NCBI GenBank assembly: GCA_050259635.1
Contig: JBLNBA010000001.1
Coordinates: forward strand, 71,329 to 135,328
Reading direction: 5' to 3'
Source of the DNA: Bacillota bacterium
GTDB taxonomy: Bacteria > Patescibacteriota > Patescibacteriia > Patescibacteriales > UBA12465
DNA length: 64,000 nt
Part shown: piece by piece, positions 33,293 through 43,570 of the stretch
How the letters are laid out: every line of letters begins with the position of its first letter
Position numbering within the stretch: the first letter of the stretch is position 1
The notes under the pieces: generated by a model
What the model was told of the DNA's origin: nothing
What the model saw: the letters and a program-made list of their open reading frames with translations, nothing else
Database searches by the model: none
Position numbers and translations under genes: made by a program

Positions 33293-34807
33293 TTATCTGG
33301 CATATTCCGTCACCCTGGTTTCCCGGATAACGTTGATCTTGATCTCACCTGGATATTTTAACTCCGTTTCTATTTTTTTTGCAATATCTCTAGCCAAATT
33401 ATGTGCCTTGAGGTCATCGATAGCTTCCGGTTTGACGAAAACCCTGACCTCTCTTCCGGCTTGGATGGCATAGGCCTTCTCAATCCCGTCGAAGCTGGTA
33501 GCGATTTTTTCCAGTTCTTCCAAACGCTGGATATAATTTTCATGGCTATCGCTTCTGGCGCCTGGGCGGGCCGATGAGATGGCATCCGCTACTTTGACGA
33601 TGACGGAAGTGAGCGTAGCGGGCTGGTCATCATGATGGGTTTCTATAGGAGCGATTATTTCTGCCGGTAAGTTGAACTTCTTGGCAATATCGCGGCCGAT
33701 TTCGGTGTGGTTGCCTTGGACTTCATGGTCTACGGCCTTGCCGATATCATGCAATAGGCCGCCCTTCTTGGCTAAGGTGACATCCGCTCCCAGTTCCTCC
33801 GCCAGCATCGCAGCTAGATGGGCCACCTCAATAGAATGGCTTAGAGTATTCTGCCCATAGCTGGTGCGGTATTTCAAGCGTCCAAGGATCTGTACTAATT
33901 TAGGATCGAAGCCGGTAACGCCCACTTCATACATCGCTTCTTCTCCGGCTTTCTTGATGTCGACGGCCAATTCTTTTTTAGCCATCTCTACGGCATCTTC
34001 GATTTTGGTGGGATGGATGCGGCCGTCCTTGATCAAGTAGTCTAAAGTCTTCTTGGCGATATGTCGGCGTATAAGTGAAAAGCCTGATACGGTAATGGCG
34101 TTAGGCGTATCGTCGACAATGATTTCAACGCCGGTGAGCTGTTCGATCGCTTTGATATTGCGTCCTTCACGTCCGATAATCCTTCCTTTCATCTCGTCGT
34201 TCGGAAGGTCGATGGTGGTTGTGGTTAGTTCTACTGTATACGAGGAAACCATTCTCTGCATGGCTAGCGCCATGATGTCTTTGGCTTTCTCCTGTAATTT
34301 CTCGGTCGCGTCGTCCTCCAGTTTCTTTATGCGGATCATCAAGTCTTCTTCGGACTTCTCTTCAATGTTTTTGAGCAATAATCCTTTAGCTTCTTCTTGT
34401 GAGAGGCGCGCTACTTCTTCAAGCTTCTTGGTTTGTTCTTCCTTGATCAACTTGATTTTCTCCTTGATTTCCTGGACTTCGTTTACCTTGTCATATAGTT
34501 TCTGCTGTTTCTCTTGCAGGTCGATCAGTTTTTGGGAGAAAGCATTTTCTCTTTGTTCTAGTCTGGTCTGAAGGCCATTAATTTCTTTCCGGCGTTGGCT
34601 TTCATCCTTTTTCGCCTCATCTATGATCTGTAGGGCCTTGTCTTGAGCTTTGAGTAAGAGTTCCTTCTCCTTGCTCTTGGCTTCATTGATTAACTTTTCT
34701 GCCTTATTCTGGGCGTTTTCCGTTTGCCGGCTAGCTTTCCTCTGCTGGAACCAGCTGCCGATGAAAAAACCGCCGATGGCTAGGATTGCAGCAATTGCGT
34801 ATTCCAT
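33293..34807 (-). CDS. rny: ribonuclease Y
   Basis: N-terminal TM helix, coiled coil, KH domain (GRIIGREGRNIKA) and HD domain (HSIEVAHLAAMLA...LLHDIGK). Confidence 0.9.
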   Translation of the reverse strand: MEYAIAAILAIGGFFIGSWFQQRKASRQTENAQNKAEKLINEAKSKEKELLLKAQDKALQIIDEAKKDESQRRKEINGLQTRLEQRENAFSQKLIDLQEKQQKLYDKVNEVQEIKEKIKLIKEEQTKKLEEVARLSQEEAKGLLLKNIEEKSEEDLMIRIKKLEDDATEKLQEKAKDIMALAMQRMVSSYTVELTTTTIDLPNDEMKGRIIGREGRNIKAIEQLTGVEIIVDDTPNAITVSGFSLIRRHIAKKTLDYLIKDGRIHPTKIEDAVEMAKKELAVDIKKAGEEAMYEVGVTGFDPKLVQILGRLKYRTSYGQNTLSHSIEVAHLAAMLAEELGADVTLAKKGGLLHDIGKAVDHEVQGNHTEIGRDIAKKFNLPAEIIAPIETHHDDQPATLTSVIVKVADAISSARPGARSDSHENYIQRLEELEKIATSFDGIEKAYAIQAGREVRVFVKPEAIDDLKAHNLARDIAKKIETELKYPGEIKINVIRETRVTEYAR

Positions 34808-35082
34808 AATTGAATTACCGAAAACGAGCAAGTGGCGTGGGCGGAATAAAAAAATCCTCTATTATCTGGGTTTATATTTGCTTATAGGTCTGTTTGAGGT
34901 TCTTCCGGACTTCATTTTGATATTAGCTAAGGAATTTTTTCACTCGTTGGCGGCATCCTCCTTTTTCGCTCCTGCCGCTCTTATGCTCGCAATGCAGTGT
35001 AGATTAATGATTGCTAAGTAATATTAGTATATATATTAGCAAGCTTTCATATATTTGTAAAGCAAAAAAGGCGGAAATGAAG

Positions 35083-35111
35083 TTGACTAAATTATAAAAA
35101 TAAAGTAATAT
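35083..35111 (+). promoter_or_regulatory. sigma70-type promoter for infB
   Basis: TTGACT, 17 nt spacer, TAATAT. Confidence 0.55.
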
Positions 35112-35163
35112 TTAGAAATAATTTAGACTTAGTCCGCCTTTTTGGGCCTTATTTGGATTTTTT

Positions 35164-37146
35164 ATGAATATTACCGAATTAGCACGTATCCTTCGCATTT
35201 CGCCTCAAGAATTAAGGGATCTTTTACCGGAAATAGGATTTGCTATCGGACAGAAGGCAATAAAAGTAGATAATAATACAGCCAAGAAGATCATTAAGAA
35301 CTGGCCGGCTTTTCGTCGTCAGTGGGAGATGAAGAAAGCGGTAGAGAGGGCGCGGAAGCAGGACGAGGCGATTTTGCCTAAAGAAAGGAAAACTATCGAG
35401 ATACCTTCCGTCATTACCGTCAGGGCATTTGCCGAAATATCGCAAATTCCCGTTAATCGCATATTATCCGAATTAATAAAAAACGGCGTCTTCGCTTCAA
35501 TCAATGAAAAGATCGATTTTGATACGGCCTCAATTATTGGCAGCGATCTGAATCTTGATGTCCGTCTAATGACGGAGAATGAGGAGAGTGAGGAACCGGA
35601 AGAAAAGAAGCTCCAGGATATCTTGGATCTAGAAAAACCTGAGGATATGGAGCAGCGTTCGCCGGTCATAGTTGTCATGGGTCATGTCGATCACGGCAAG
35701 ACTAAGCTTCTCGATTCCATCCGTCTTACTAATGTCATTGCCGGTGAGGCCGGCGGCATAACTCAGCATATCGGTGCTTATCAGGTGGTGCGCAAGGACC
35801 GCCGTCTTACTTTTATCGATACCCCTGGCCATGAGGCCTTCACTGCGATGAGGAGCCGCGGCGCCAAGGTGGCGGACATCGCTATTTTGGTAGTAGCAGC
35901 GGATGACGGGGTTAAACCGCAGACAGTGGAAGCGCTTCGTATAATCGAGGCGGCTAAGCTTCCTTATCTTGTAGCTATAAATAAGATTGACAAGCCGGAT
36001 GCAGACGTGAACCGCACTAAGCAGGATCTCGCCAATAACCTCAATATTACTCCGGAGGACTGGGGAGGGAAAACGATTTGCGTGCCAATTTCCGCTAAGG
36101 AAGGTACGGGTATCGAGGAACTTTTGGATATGGTGCTTCTGACTGCCGATGCGGAGCTGGGCGATAGCCTTAAGGCAAATCCTAATGCTGAAGCGGCTGG
36201 GACTGTTGTCGAGTCGAATGTAGACAAAGGTGCCGGACCGGTGGCCACTTTACTCGTCCAGAACGGGACTTTACGGGTTGGAGACCAATTGTGCTTTGAA
36301 GACGTTGTCTATGGCAAGGTTAAGTCTTTAAAGAACCATAAGGGCGAGAGTATCGAAACCGCCGGGCCATCCGAGCCGGTTAAGATTCTTGGCCTTAAAA
36401 TCTCTCCTTCCGTCGGTGACATTCTTTATGTTGGCGATGGTAAGAAGGTGAAGATGCGCAAGATTAAAAGCGCCGACGAAAGGAAAGAGAAGATCATGTC
36501 TATTGCCCAACAAGACAATGCTGATGAGAATATCCCTAAGGTGAACATTATTGTGAAGAGCGATTTTCTGGGTTCGGCTGAAGCAATCGAGGAATCATTG
36601 CTCAAAATCAATACCGTGATCGTGAAGGTGAAAATTATCAGTAAAGGTTTAGGTAATGTAACGGAAGGTGATATTAAGCGCGCTCAAGATTCTGGTGCCC
36701 AGATTATCTGTTTCAATACCAAGATGCCTCCGAACGTCGAGAATCTGGCTCGTACTCAAAATATCATCGTGAAATCATTTACCATCATCTACGATCTCAT
36801 TAAATACGTCAAAGAAGAGATGCAGAAACTCGTACCAGTCGAGGTTACCCGGGTTGATCTGGGCAAGCTAAAGGTTTTGGCTGTTTTCCGCACAGAGAGG
36901 CAGCACCAGATTGTCGGCGGCCGCGTAATTTCCGGTGCGCCCGAAAATAATGCGACGGTCAATGTCTGGCGAGGGGAAGAATTTATCACCACCGGCCATA
37001 TTACTAGCTTGCAAAGCGCCAAGCAAGAAGTGCGATTTGTCCAAGAAGGGGAAGAATGCGGTTTGAAATTCGAGGGCCAACCTCTTATCCAAGAGGGAGA
37101 CATTTTGGAGTTTTACCGTGAGGACAAGAAGGTGGAAAAGATTTGA
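35164..37146 (+). CDS. infB: translation initiation factor IF-2
   Basis: G-domain motifs [13 protein letters not shown] and NKID, plus C-terminal domains. 660 aa. Confidence 0.95.
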   Translation: MNITELARILRISPQELRDLLPEIGFAIGQKAIKVDNNTAKKIIKNWPAFRRQWEMKKAVERARKQDEAILPKERKTIEIPSVITVRAFAEISQIPVNRILSELIKNGVFASINEKIDFDTASIIGSDLNLDVRLMTENEESEEPEEKKLQDILDLEKPEDMEQRSPVIVVMGHVDHGKTKLLDSIRLTNVIAGEAGGITQHIGAYQVVRKDRRLTFIDTPGHEAFTAMRSRGAKVADIAILVVAADDGVKPQTVEALRIIEAAKLPYLVAINKIDKPDADVNRTKQDLANNLNITPEDWGGKTICVPISAKEGTGIEELLDMVLLTADAELGDSLKANPNAEAAGTVVESNVDKGAGPVATLLVQNGTLRVGDQLCFEDVVYGKVKSLKNHKGESIETAGPSEPVKILGLKISPSVGDILYVGDGKKVKMRKIKSADERKEKIMSIAQQDNADENIPKVNIIVKSDFLGSAEAIEESLLKINTVIVKVKIISKGLGNVTEGDIKRAQDSGAQIICFNTKMPPNVENLARTQNIIVKSFTIIYDLIKYVKEEMQKLVPVEVTRVDLGKLKVLAVFRTERQHQIVGGRVISGAPENNATVNVWRGEEFITTGHITSLQSAKQEVRFVQEGEECGLKFEGQPLIQEGDILEFYREDKKVEKI

Positions 37147-37147
37147 T

Positions 37148-37501
37148 ATGTCAAAAGTTGACCAGCTAAATGAATTATTACATCGTGAACTAGCCGCTTC
37201 CATCCCTCAGGAAGTGGAGCTTCCTGACGCTTTGATAACCGTGGCCTTCGTGTCTTGTACTCCGGATTTGCAATTCGCCAAGGTAATCGTTTCGGTTTTA
37301 CCGGATCATCTTGCCGGTACCGCCCTAAAGAAGCTCAAGGCAGCCTCCGGGCGCTTGGCGGCGGCCGTCATGAAGCGCACTCGCCTGAGAAAGGTTCCGC
37401 GTTTCCTGTGGGAATTTGATCCCACTGAGAGAAAGGCGGCTGAGTTAGAGGAGTATTTCCAAAAAATAGAGGAAGAAGAGGAAGAAGAGGAAGAAGAATG
37501 A
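37148..37501 (+). CDS. rbfA: ribosome-binding factor A
   Basis: Starts 1 nt after the infB stop. RbfA-type core (LLHRELAASI...FAKVIVSVL). Ends in a poly-Glu tail. Confidence 0.8.
   Translation: MSKVDQLNELLHRELAASIPQEVELPDALITVAFVSCTPDLQFAKVIVSVLPDHLAGTALKKLKAASGRLAAAVMKRTRLRKVPRFLWEFDPTERKAAELEEYFQKIEEEEEEEEEE
37469..37498 (+). repeat. tandem 9-bp repeat (gaggaagaa x3.3) encoding the RbfA poly-Glu tail
   Basis: Read directly: gaggaagaa gaggaagaa gaggaagaa gaa. Confidence 0.9.
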
Positions 37502-37564
37502 CCGCCATTGGCGGTCTTTTTGCAGTTTTGACTTTTGCCTATAGCCGCGCTATGATAGCTGGTT

Positions 37565-38584
37565 ATGGATTTTCAGGAAAAATTTACCAAAGCCTATGAG
37601 ATGATGCAGGATGCCAGACGCATCCTTTTCATAACGCATTTGCGCCCGGATGGCGATGCTCTTTCTTCTCTTTGCGCTCTTCGTCTCTGCGCTATCGGGC
37701 TGAAGAAAGATACTATGGGTTTTGCCGAGGGGAAGAATCCAATCCTATTTGATTACTTGGAAGGTTTCAATGAGATCGCCGATGGCCTGGCTGAATTGCG
37801 ACGTCTTGGCGGTTTCTCGGACGGTTTGATTGAGCGCTTTGATTTAGCGGTAGTCTCTGATTGCGGGTCGCTAGCGAGGACGGCTCTTTTTTCCGAGCTG
37901 AAGGCGTTTAAAGAGGCTGGGGGGAAAATAATTGAGTTTGACCACCACCCCAAAACGGATGATTATGCTGATCTGGAAATCCGGGACCCCGGAATGTCTT
38001 CTACTGCTGAGCTAGCCTATAATTTCATTCGTTCTAATAATATCCCTTTTACTAAGGAGATGGCGGATTGTGTTCTTACGGGAATCTTGACCGATACTGG
38101 TAATTTTTTATATCCATCTGCCGGCGACGAGACGATGAAAGCTGCGTCGGCGGCTCTGGAAGCTGGCGCGAGGTATTCTAAGATTGTCGCTTATACCTTG
38201 AAGAATAAGGACATGGCAATCGTGAAGATGTGGGGTCTCGCTCTGGACCGCTTGTTTCTTAACCCCAAATACAATATTGCGCTGTCTGTTATTTCCAGGG
38301 ATGATGTGGAGAAAGTTTTAGGGGAAATCGACGGTGCTTCTGAGAGTGATCTTTTTGGCGGCTTAGCCGGTTTCTTAAGCAATATCGCCGGGGCAAAAGC
38401 CGTGCTTCTGCTTTATGAGGATCGTAACGGCATGATTAAAGGGAGTCTACGCAGCACTGCGGACGGCGTTCCGGTAGATAGGCTTGCTCGAGCATTAGGG
38501 GGAGGCGGCCACGAAAGGGCGGCCGGGTTTGCGATTAACGGACATTTGACAAAGAAGGGAAAACGCTGGATAATTATCAACTAA
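37565..38584 (+). CDS. nrnA: DHH/DHHA1 phosphoesterase (NrnA-like nanoRNase/pAp phosphatase)
   Basis: DHH motifs HLRPDGDALSS, VSDCGS and FDHHP, plus DHHA1 motif GGGHERAAGF. Confidence 0.8.
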   Translation: MDFQEKFTKAYEMMQDARRILFITHLRPDGDALSSLCALRLCAIGLKKDTMGFAEGKNPILFDYLEGFNEIADGLAELRRLGGFSDGLIERFDLAVVSDCGSLARTALFSELKAFKEAGGKIIEFDHHPKTDDYADLEIRDPGMSSTAELAYNFIRSNNIPFTKEMADCVLTGILTDTGNFLYPSAGDETMKAASAALEAGARYSKIVAYTLKNKDMAIVKMWGLALDRLFLNPKYNIALSVISRDDVEKVLGEIDGASESDLFGGLAGFLSNIAGAKAVLLLYEDRNGMIKGSLRSTADGVPVDRLARALGGGGHERAAGFAINGHLTKKGKRWIIIN

Positions 38585-38644
38585 GAAAAGAAAAGACATT
38601 GATATAAATGCACCTTATAACAACAAAAGAAGAAAGGAAGAAAG

Positions 38645-38950
38645 ATGAAAGAGAAGGTAGGAAACGCAAAAAGTACCATATGGTACGTCCAACCATTGGA
38701 CGCCGTTACTAATGAGGTAATTGCAAAGCATCTGGCGCTGACGTCTGATGTCTCGGAGACGATATCGATTGAAGTGGATGGTAAAAAAATCCACGATCTG
38801 TACCTGTTGCCGGGCTATAGCGTTTTAAACAGGCTGTATCAATTTAAAGCTAGTATGGGCTTGAAATTCAAGGCTTACCGTCAGGTTGGGCCCAAAGGTA
38901 GAGCCAAACTTTGGAAGTTTGGCGAGAAAAAGAAGAAAGCTTTAGCTTAA
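38645..38950 (+). CDS. hypothetical small basic protein (101 aa)
   Basis: One of the few ORFs here with an SD-like aggaag 6 nt upstream. A terminator follows. No motif recognised. Confidence 0.45.
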   Translation: MKEKVGNAKSTIWYVQPLDAVTNEVIAKHLALTSDVSETISIEVDGKKIHDLYLLPGYSVLNRLYQFKASMGLKFKAYRQVGPKGRAKLWKFGEKKKKALA

Positions 38951-38952
38951 AC

Positions 38953-38981
38953 AAAAAGGCTCCCGATAAGGAGCCCTTTTT
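38953..38981. terminator. bidirectional terminator
   Basis: Stem ggctcc/ggagcc flanked by an A-run and a T-run, between convergent genes. Confidence 0.6.
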
Positions 38982-38994
38982 ATTTAGTTACACT

Positions 38995-39663
38995 CTATTT
39001 CTTGACCTTCTGCTGTTTTTCCCGCCAGGCCTTGATCTTGGCATGATTGCCTTCGAGCAGGACCGAAGGCACCTTCAGCTTCTTCCCATCGGCCTCGAAT
39101 ACTGCCGGCCTCGTGTATTGTGGATATTCCAGGACCTTTTCGGCGGAATGAGATTCCTCTTCGATGCTTTGGGCATTGCCCAGGACTCCCGGAAGAAGGC
39201 GGGTGATGGTATCTATTATTACCAAGGCTGGCAGTTCTCCGCCAGTAAGGACGTAATCGCCGATGGAGATTTCGGCGTCGACATATTTCTTTATCCTGGC
39301 ATCCACTCCTTCATAACGTCCGCATACAAAAACGACTTCGTCTAGGACGCTATACTTCTTAGCCTGTTTCTGGCTCCAGGTCGAACCGCTCGCAGAAAGT
39401 AGTACTACTTTCCGTTTCTTGGTCCGGCTCTTTTTTTTGAGATCTTTGAGCGCTTGATAGAGAGGCTCGATTTTCATGAGCATGCCGGCGCCGCCCCCAT
39501 AGGGGGTGTCATCTACCGTCCGGTGGCGGTCATGAGTCCAATCACGCAGATCGTATTTCTCAATACTGATCGCCTTTTGGTCTAGGGCGCGTTTAATGAT
39601 GCTTTCATCCAGATAGGAATCCAGGATGTGAGGGAAAATTGATAAGAGGCGGAATTTGATCAT
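38995..39663 (-). CDS. trmD: tRNA (guanine37-N1)-methyltransferase
   Basis: DDTPYGGGAGMLMK, GRYEGVD and SIGDYVLTGGE motifs. Confidence 0.9.
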   Translation of the reverse strand: MIKFRLLSIFPHILDSYLDESIIKRALDQKAISIEKYDLRDWTHDRHRTVDDTPYGGGAGMLMKIEPLYQALKDLKKKSRTKKRKVVLLSASGSTWSQKQAKKYSVLDEVVFVCGRYEGVDARIKKYVDAEISIGDYVLTGGELPALVIIDTITRLLPGVLGNAQSIEEESHSAEKVLEYPQYTRPAVFEADGKKLKVPSVLLEGNHAKIKAWREKQQKVKK

Positions 39664-39694
39664 ATATCAATATCTTATAACAAAATTACGATAA

Positions 39695-39719
39695 CAAAAA
39701 GGCCGGGTAAAACCCGGCC
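39695..39719 (-). terminator. hairpin/terminator between the KH gene and trmD
   Basis: Stem ggccggg/cccggcc with T-runs on both strands. Confidence 0.5.
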
Positions 39720-39740
39720 CTTTAGTTTTTGATAGATTGA

Positions 39741-40073
39741 TTAGATCTTGAGGTCGTCTAAAGCGGAAGTATCGACATCAGCGAGCTCGCTGGTCTGTTC
39801 TTCCTGGCGTCCGCCACGGCGGCTGCCACCTTCAGGGTCATAGATCTTCAGGTTCACGCGGGAGTTGTTCTTGGCGCCGACGATCTTCAGAAGGGTGCGG
39901 ATCGCCTGGGCGGTCTGGCCCTTGCGCCCGATAACGTAGCCCATGTCAGCCGGGTTGATCTTAAGAGTCAGAAGGACTCCCATTTCATCCACTGTGCGGT
40001 CGACGGAAACGTCATTGGGGTTGCTGACGATGTTCTTGACGATCATTTCGAGGAACTGTTTGTCTGCTTCCAT
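39741..40073 (-). CDS. KH-domain RNA-binding protein (YlqC/UPF0109-like)
   Basis: GxxG loop VIGRKGQTAQAIRTLL, in the conserved position after rpsP. Has a ~30-aa RGG/acidic tail. Confidence 0.8.
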   Translation of the reverse strand: MEADKQFLEMIVKNIVSNPNDVSVDRTVDEMGVLLTLKINPADMGYVIGRKGQTAQAIRTLLKIVGAKNNSRVNLKIYDPEGGSRRGGRQEEQTSELADVDTSALDDLKI

Positions 40074-40203
40074 AGTTGTTGTGCTGGGCTTCCAATCGGT
40101 GAACTCGCGCTCGCCTCTTTGAAAGATCCTAGACTTAAATTATATTACCTTGCTTTCGCAAGATTTATACCTTCATTATAACTTCTGGGGCCTGTTTGTC
40201 AAT

Positions 40204-40602
40204 TTAGGCCTCCTGATTCGGGGTCTCTTCGGCCGGGGTTTCAGCCGGAGCTTCAGGGGCGGGGGTGGCGGCAGCTTCAGAGGCCGCACGTTTGTCTGCC
40301 TTCGTTTTGAGCTGGGCGGCGCGCTTTTCGTTGACCTTGCCGGCCTTGGAAGCGGTTGCTTTTTTGCCTTCGATTATACCCTTGCCGATTAAGAGATTAT
40401 TGATCGTAGGGGTCATACCAGCGCCCTTTTCGAGCCAATATTTAACACGATCTGCTTTTACCTGCAGGTCCTTGGAATAAGGGTTATATGAACCGAGTAT
40501 TTCCAAATTATCACCATAGGGGTCTCGTCCCTTTTCAGAGATGATCAGGCGAAAGACTTTTTTGTTGGTTTTGCCGATTTTCGACAGTTTAATCATTAAC
40601 AT
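40204..40602 (-). CDS. rpsP: ribosomal protein bS16 with Ala/Pro/Glu-rich C-terminal extension
   Basis: MLMIKLSKIGKTNKKVFRLIISEKGRDPYG. 132 aa, against my recollection of ~80 aa in E. coli. Confidence 0.9.
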   Translation of the reverse strand: MLMIKLSKIGKTNKKVFRLIISEKGRDPYGDNLEILGSYNPYSKDLQVKADRVKYWLEKGAGMTPTINNLLIGKGIIEGKKATASKAGKVNEKRAAQLKTKADKRAASEAAATPAPEAPAETPAEETPNQEA

Positions 40603-40659
40603 AGGTGTTTATTAATTCTTTATTGACAAATATTAGCTTGAGATATCGGAAAAGTCAAG

Positions 40660-42927
40660 TTAGAAACGGGGTCGGCGAGGACCCGCATCTCGGCGTCCAA
40701 AACCGCCTCTCCGGTCGCCCGAGGACGGGCGATTAAATCCGGTGGGGCGTCCTTCTCCGGTAGACTTGCCTTTTTCTTCTTTCCAAAGGTCCTCATTCTC
40801 AAGTAGGTTTTTCATGGTGAGGTTGATACGGCCTTGGTCGTCGATCTCTCTAATGCGGACCGTGACAACGTCGCCGATTTGGAGGAAGTCGCTTGGCTTC
40901 TCGATCCGGTAAGGGGCCAGTTCGCTCACGTGGACCATGCCGTCCTGGCTGTTATTGAGTTGGATGAAGGCGCCGAAGTCCAGCATGCGCACCACCTTGC
41001 CGGCGATGATCTCACCTACCTCGAAGACGTGGACGATTTCCTTCACTTTACCCACGGCTTCATTTACCTTGTCGCGATCAACGCCACAAACCATGACCAA
41101 GCCGTCATCTTCAATGTCAATGCTAACCCCGGTTTCGTCGATAATCTTGTTAATGACTTTTCCTCCGGGACCGATGATGGCTCCGATCTTCTCGGGATCA
41201 ACGAAGAAAGAAATTACTCTTGGCGCATAGGGGGAGAGTTCCGCTCTTGGAGCCGGTATTGCCGCTGTGAGAACGCCGAGGATCTTGTTCAGGGCTTCAC
41301 GGCCTTGCTTGAAGGTCTGGGTGATGATTTCACGGGTAAGGCCTTCTGTTTTCGTATCGAGCTGGATGGCAGTGAGGCCGGCGTCCGTACCGGTGATCTT
41401 GAAATCCATGCCGCCGTCTCCGTCTTCAAGGTCCTGGATGTCGGTAAGGACTTTCCATTTGCTAAGATCCGGATATGAAGCAAGGCCCATAGCAATTCCA
41501 GCTACCGGTTTGCGGATAGGAACGCCTGCATCCATAAGGGCGAGCGTAGAAGCGCAGGTTGAGGCCATCGATGAGGAACCATTGCTACCAAGCGTTTCGC
41601 TGACAACGCGGATAGTGTAAGGGAAGTCTTCGCGGTTAGGTACCATCGGCATCAAGGCCTTTTCCGCCAAGGCGCCGTGGCCGATTTCTCTTCGGCCGGT
41701 GCCTCTGATCGGTGATGCCTCACCGACACTGTAAGGTGGGAAATTATAGTGGTGCATGTAGCGCTTCTTGCTCTGGCCTTCCATCCCTTCGAGGGATTGT
41801 TCAAGACCGGGAGCGCCCAAGGTAATGATAGACATCACCTGGGTTTCGCCGCGAGAAAAGAGCGAGCTGCCATGATCGCGGGGGATGAGGCCCACTTCCG
41901 CATTCAAGGCTCGTATCTCATCAATAGCCCGTCCGTCTACGCGGCGTCCTTCTTCTAAGATAGCGCGGGTGACTTCTTTATCCACTAAGCGCTCGACGAG
42001 CTGCTTAATGGCATAGGAGCGGCGATCCGAGCTAACTCCCTGGGAGAAGAGATAGGCGTCAAACTGTTCTTTAATCGCGCTTAATGCCGCCTTCCTTTCA
42101 CCTTTGGTATAGTATTCTTTGTCAAAAAGGATGTTCTTGATGTTTTCGCGGAGCCAGCTTTCGCCGAGGGCGAGAAGATCCTGCTTCTCTTGCTCAGCCT
42201 TTAGTTCATCGGCGCTCTTTAAGACCTGTTTAGCTGCCTTTTCTTTGGCAGGGATCTGTTTCATGAGTTCTTCGATGAGCGCGATTGCCGGCTGCATCTT
42301 TTCCTGGCCGGCCATGATGGCTTCCAGAATGACATCCTCAGATACTTCGTTCGCTCCGGCTTCAATCATTATGGATTTGGTCTTCGTACCAGCAACAATG
42401 AGATCAAGGCTGCTAGCTGCTTGCTGCACATAGGTGGGGTTGAATACGAATTCGTTTTCAATCAGGCCTACGCGAACGCCGCCGATGGGGCCTTTCCAGT
42501 CTAGGCCAGAAATTGCCAGAGCGGCCGAAGCAGCGATCAGGGAGACGATATCATGGTCGTTTTCTTGGTCGACCGAAAGGGGGGTGATAATGACCTGGAC
42601 ATCGCGGCGGTCTTCTTGGTTGAAAAGCGGGCGGATGGCTCGATCAATCATGCGTCCGGTGAGGACGGAGTCGTCGCTGGGGCGACCCTCACGCTTGATC
42701 CAGCGGGATCCCTTGATGATTCCGGCAGCATAAAGCTTCTCTTGGAATTCCACCATCAACGGAAAAAAGTCCACGCCTTCGCGGTGGGACTTGTTCTGGA
42801 CGACAGTCGCCATGACGACGGTGTCTCCATATTGGGCGAGTACGGCAGAATCCGCCTGGAGGGCGAGTTTGCCTGTCTTAATCGTGAGCTGGCGGCCAAG
42901 CCAGTCGGCGCTTACGATCTTTTCCAT
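40660..42927 (-). CDS. pnp: polynucleotide phosphorylase
   Basis: Two RNase PH domains, a KH domain and an S1 domain (GKVVRMLDFGAFIQL). Arg/Gly-rich tail. ATG 42927 is preferred. Confidence 0.95.
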   Translation of the reverse strand: MEKIVSADWLGRQLTIKTGKLALQADSAVLAQYGDTVVMATVVQNKSHREGVDFFPLMVEFQEKLYAAGIIKGSRWIKREGRPSDDSVLTGRMIDRAIRPLFNQEDRRDVQVIITPLSVDQENDHDIVSLIAASAALAISGLDWKGPIGGVRVGLIENEFVFNPTYVQQAASSLDLIVAGTKTKSIMIEAGANEVSEDVILEAIMAGQEKMQPAIALIEELMKQIPAKEKAAKQVLKSADELKAEQEKQDLLALGESWLRENIKNILFDKEYYTKGERKAALSAIKEQFDAYLFSQGVSSDRRSYAIKQLVERLVDKEVTRAILEEGRRVDGRAIDEIRALNAEVGLIPRDHGSSLFSRGETQVMSIITLGAPGLEQSLEGMEGQSKKRYMHHYNFPPYSVGEASPIRGTGRREIGHGALAEKALMPMVPNREDFPYTIRVVSETLGSNGSSSMASTCASTLALMDAGVPIRKPVAGIAMGLASYPDLSKWKVLTDIQDLEDGDGGMDFKITGTDAGLTAIQLDTKTEGLTREIITQTFKQGREALNKILGVLTAAIPAPRAELSPYAPRVISFFVDPEKIGAIIGPGGKVINKIIDETGVSIDIEDDGLVMVCGVDRDKVNEAVGKVKEIVHVFEVGEIIAGKVVRMLDFGAFIQLNNSQDGMVHVSELAPYRIEKPSDFLQIGDVVTVRIREIDDQGRINLTMKNLLENEDLWKEEKGKSTGEGRPTGFNRPSSGDRRGGFGRRDAGPRRPRF

Positions 42928-43030
42928 ACTGTTGTGCCTGGCCTTCGGATTACAGGACTGTATAACCATCCGCATCCCTAGGGGAGCGGCAATCGTTTAC
43001 AGTACTATCTATCCGGAGGGCAGGTCCTTA

Positions 43031-43567
43031 TTATTTATTAATTCTCTTTACATTATTGGCGAGTCTGGTGGGGCCGATCAAAAACTTGCGGTCACTCGAG
43101 AGATCAAGAAAATCATCCGCTTCTTCGACCAGCTTGGAGGAACAAGTTTTGCGGAAGGCTAGAACCTCTACCAAGCAACCCTTGTTGTTTTGCAGATAAG
43201 AAACCAACGGCAGATAATCTCCATCTCCGGAAACAAGGATTATGACGTCTAGCTTGTCTGCTAGCTTGATGGCGTCGATAGCGATGCCGACATCCCAATC
43301 CGCTTTCTTGGCGCCGCCGGCGAAGATCTGGAGGTCTTTCATCCGGACTTCGAAACCTTGTTGGCTGAGCGCTTCAAAGAAGGCAGTCTCTTCCTCGCTT
43401 TCTGCCCGTATAACATAAGCAGTGGCCCGGATAAGTTTCCGACCAGCCACTGCTCTTGTCAGTATTTCTTTAAAGTTAACGCGCCTGCCGTAAAGGTTTT
43501 TGGCAGAGTGGTACATATTGGCGACATCTATCAGGACGCCGACGCGCTGTTCTTCATGTTTGATCAT
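43031..43567 (-). CDS. NYN-domain (LabA-like, PIN-fold) putative ribonuclease
   Basis: VGVLIDVANMY and ILVSGDGDYLPLV acidic motifs. 178 aa. Starts 3 nt after the rpsO stop. Confidence 0.75.
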   Translation of the reverse strand: MIKHEEQRVGVLIDVANMYHSAKNLYGRRVNFKEILTRAVAGRKLIRATAYVIRAESEEETAFFEALSQQGFEVRMKDLQIFAGGAKKADWDVGIAIDAIKLADKLDVIILVSGDGDYLPLVSYLQNNKGCLVEVLAFRKTCSSKLVEEADDFLDLSSDRKFLIGPTRLANNVKRINK

Positions 43568-43570
43568 AAT

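Noticed and set aside
37469-37498. GAGGAAGAA tandem repeat as a possible CRISPR or microsatellite locus
   Set aside because: It has only 3.3 copies with no spacers, and it lies in-frame at the 3' end of rbfA encoding poly-Glu. It is a coding low-complexity repeat.
40834-42981. Long antisense ORFs within pnp (for example 40834-41478 at 214 aa, and 42553-42981 at 142 aa)
   Set aside because: They are the opposite strand of a well-supported PNPase gene. Their products are low-complexity with no motifs. This is the typical shadow-ORF effect of codon bias.
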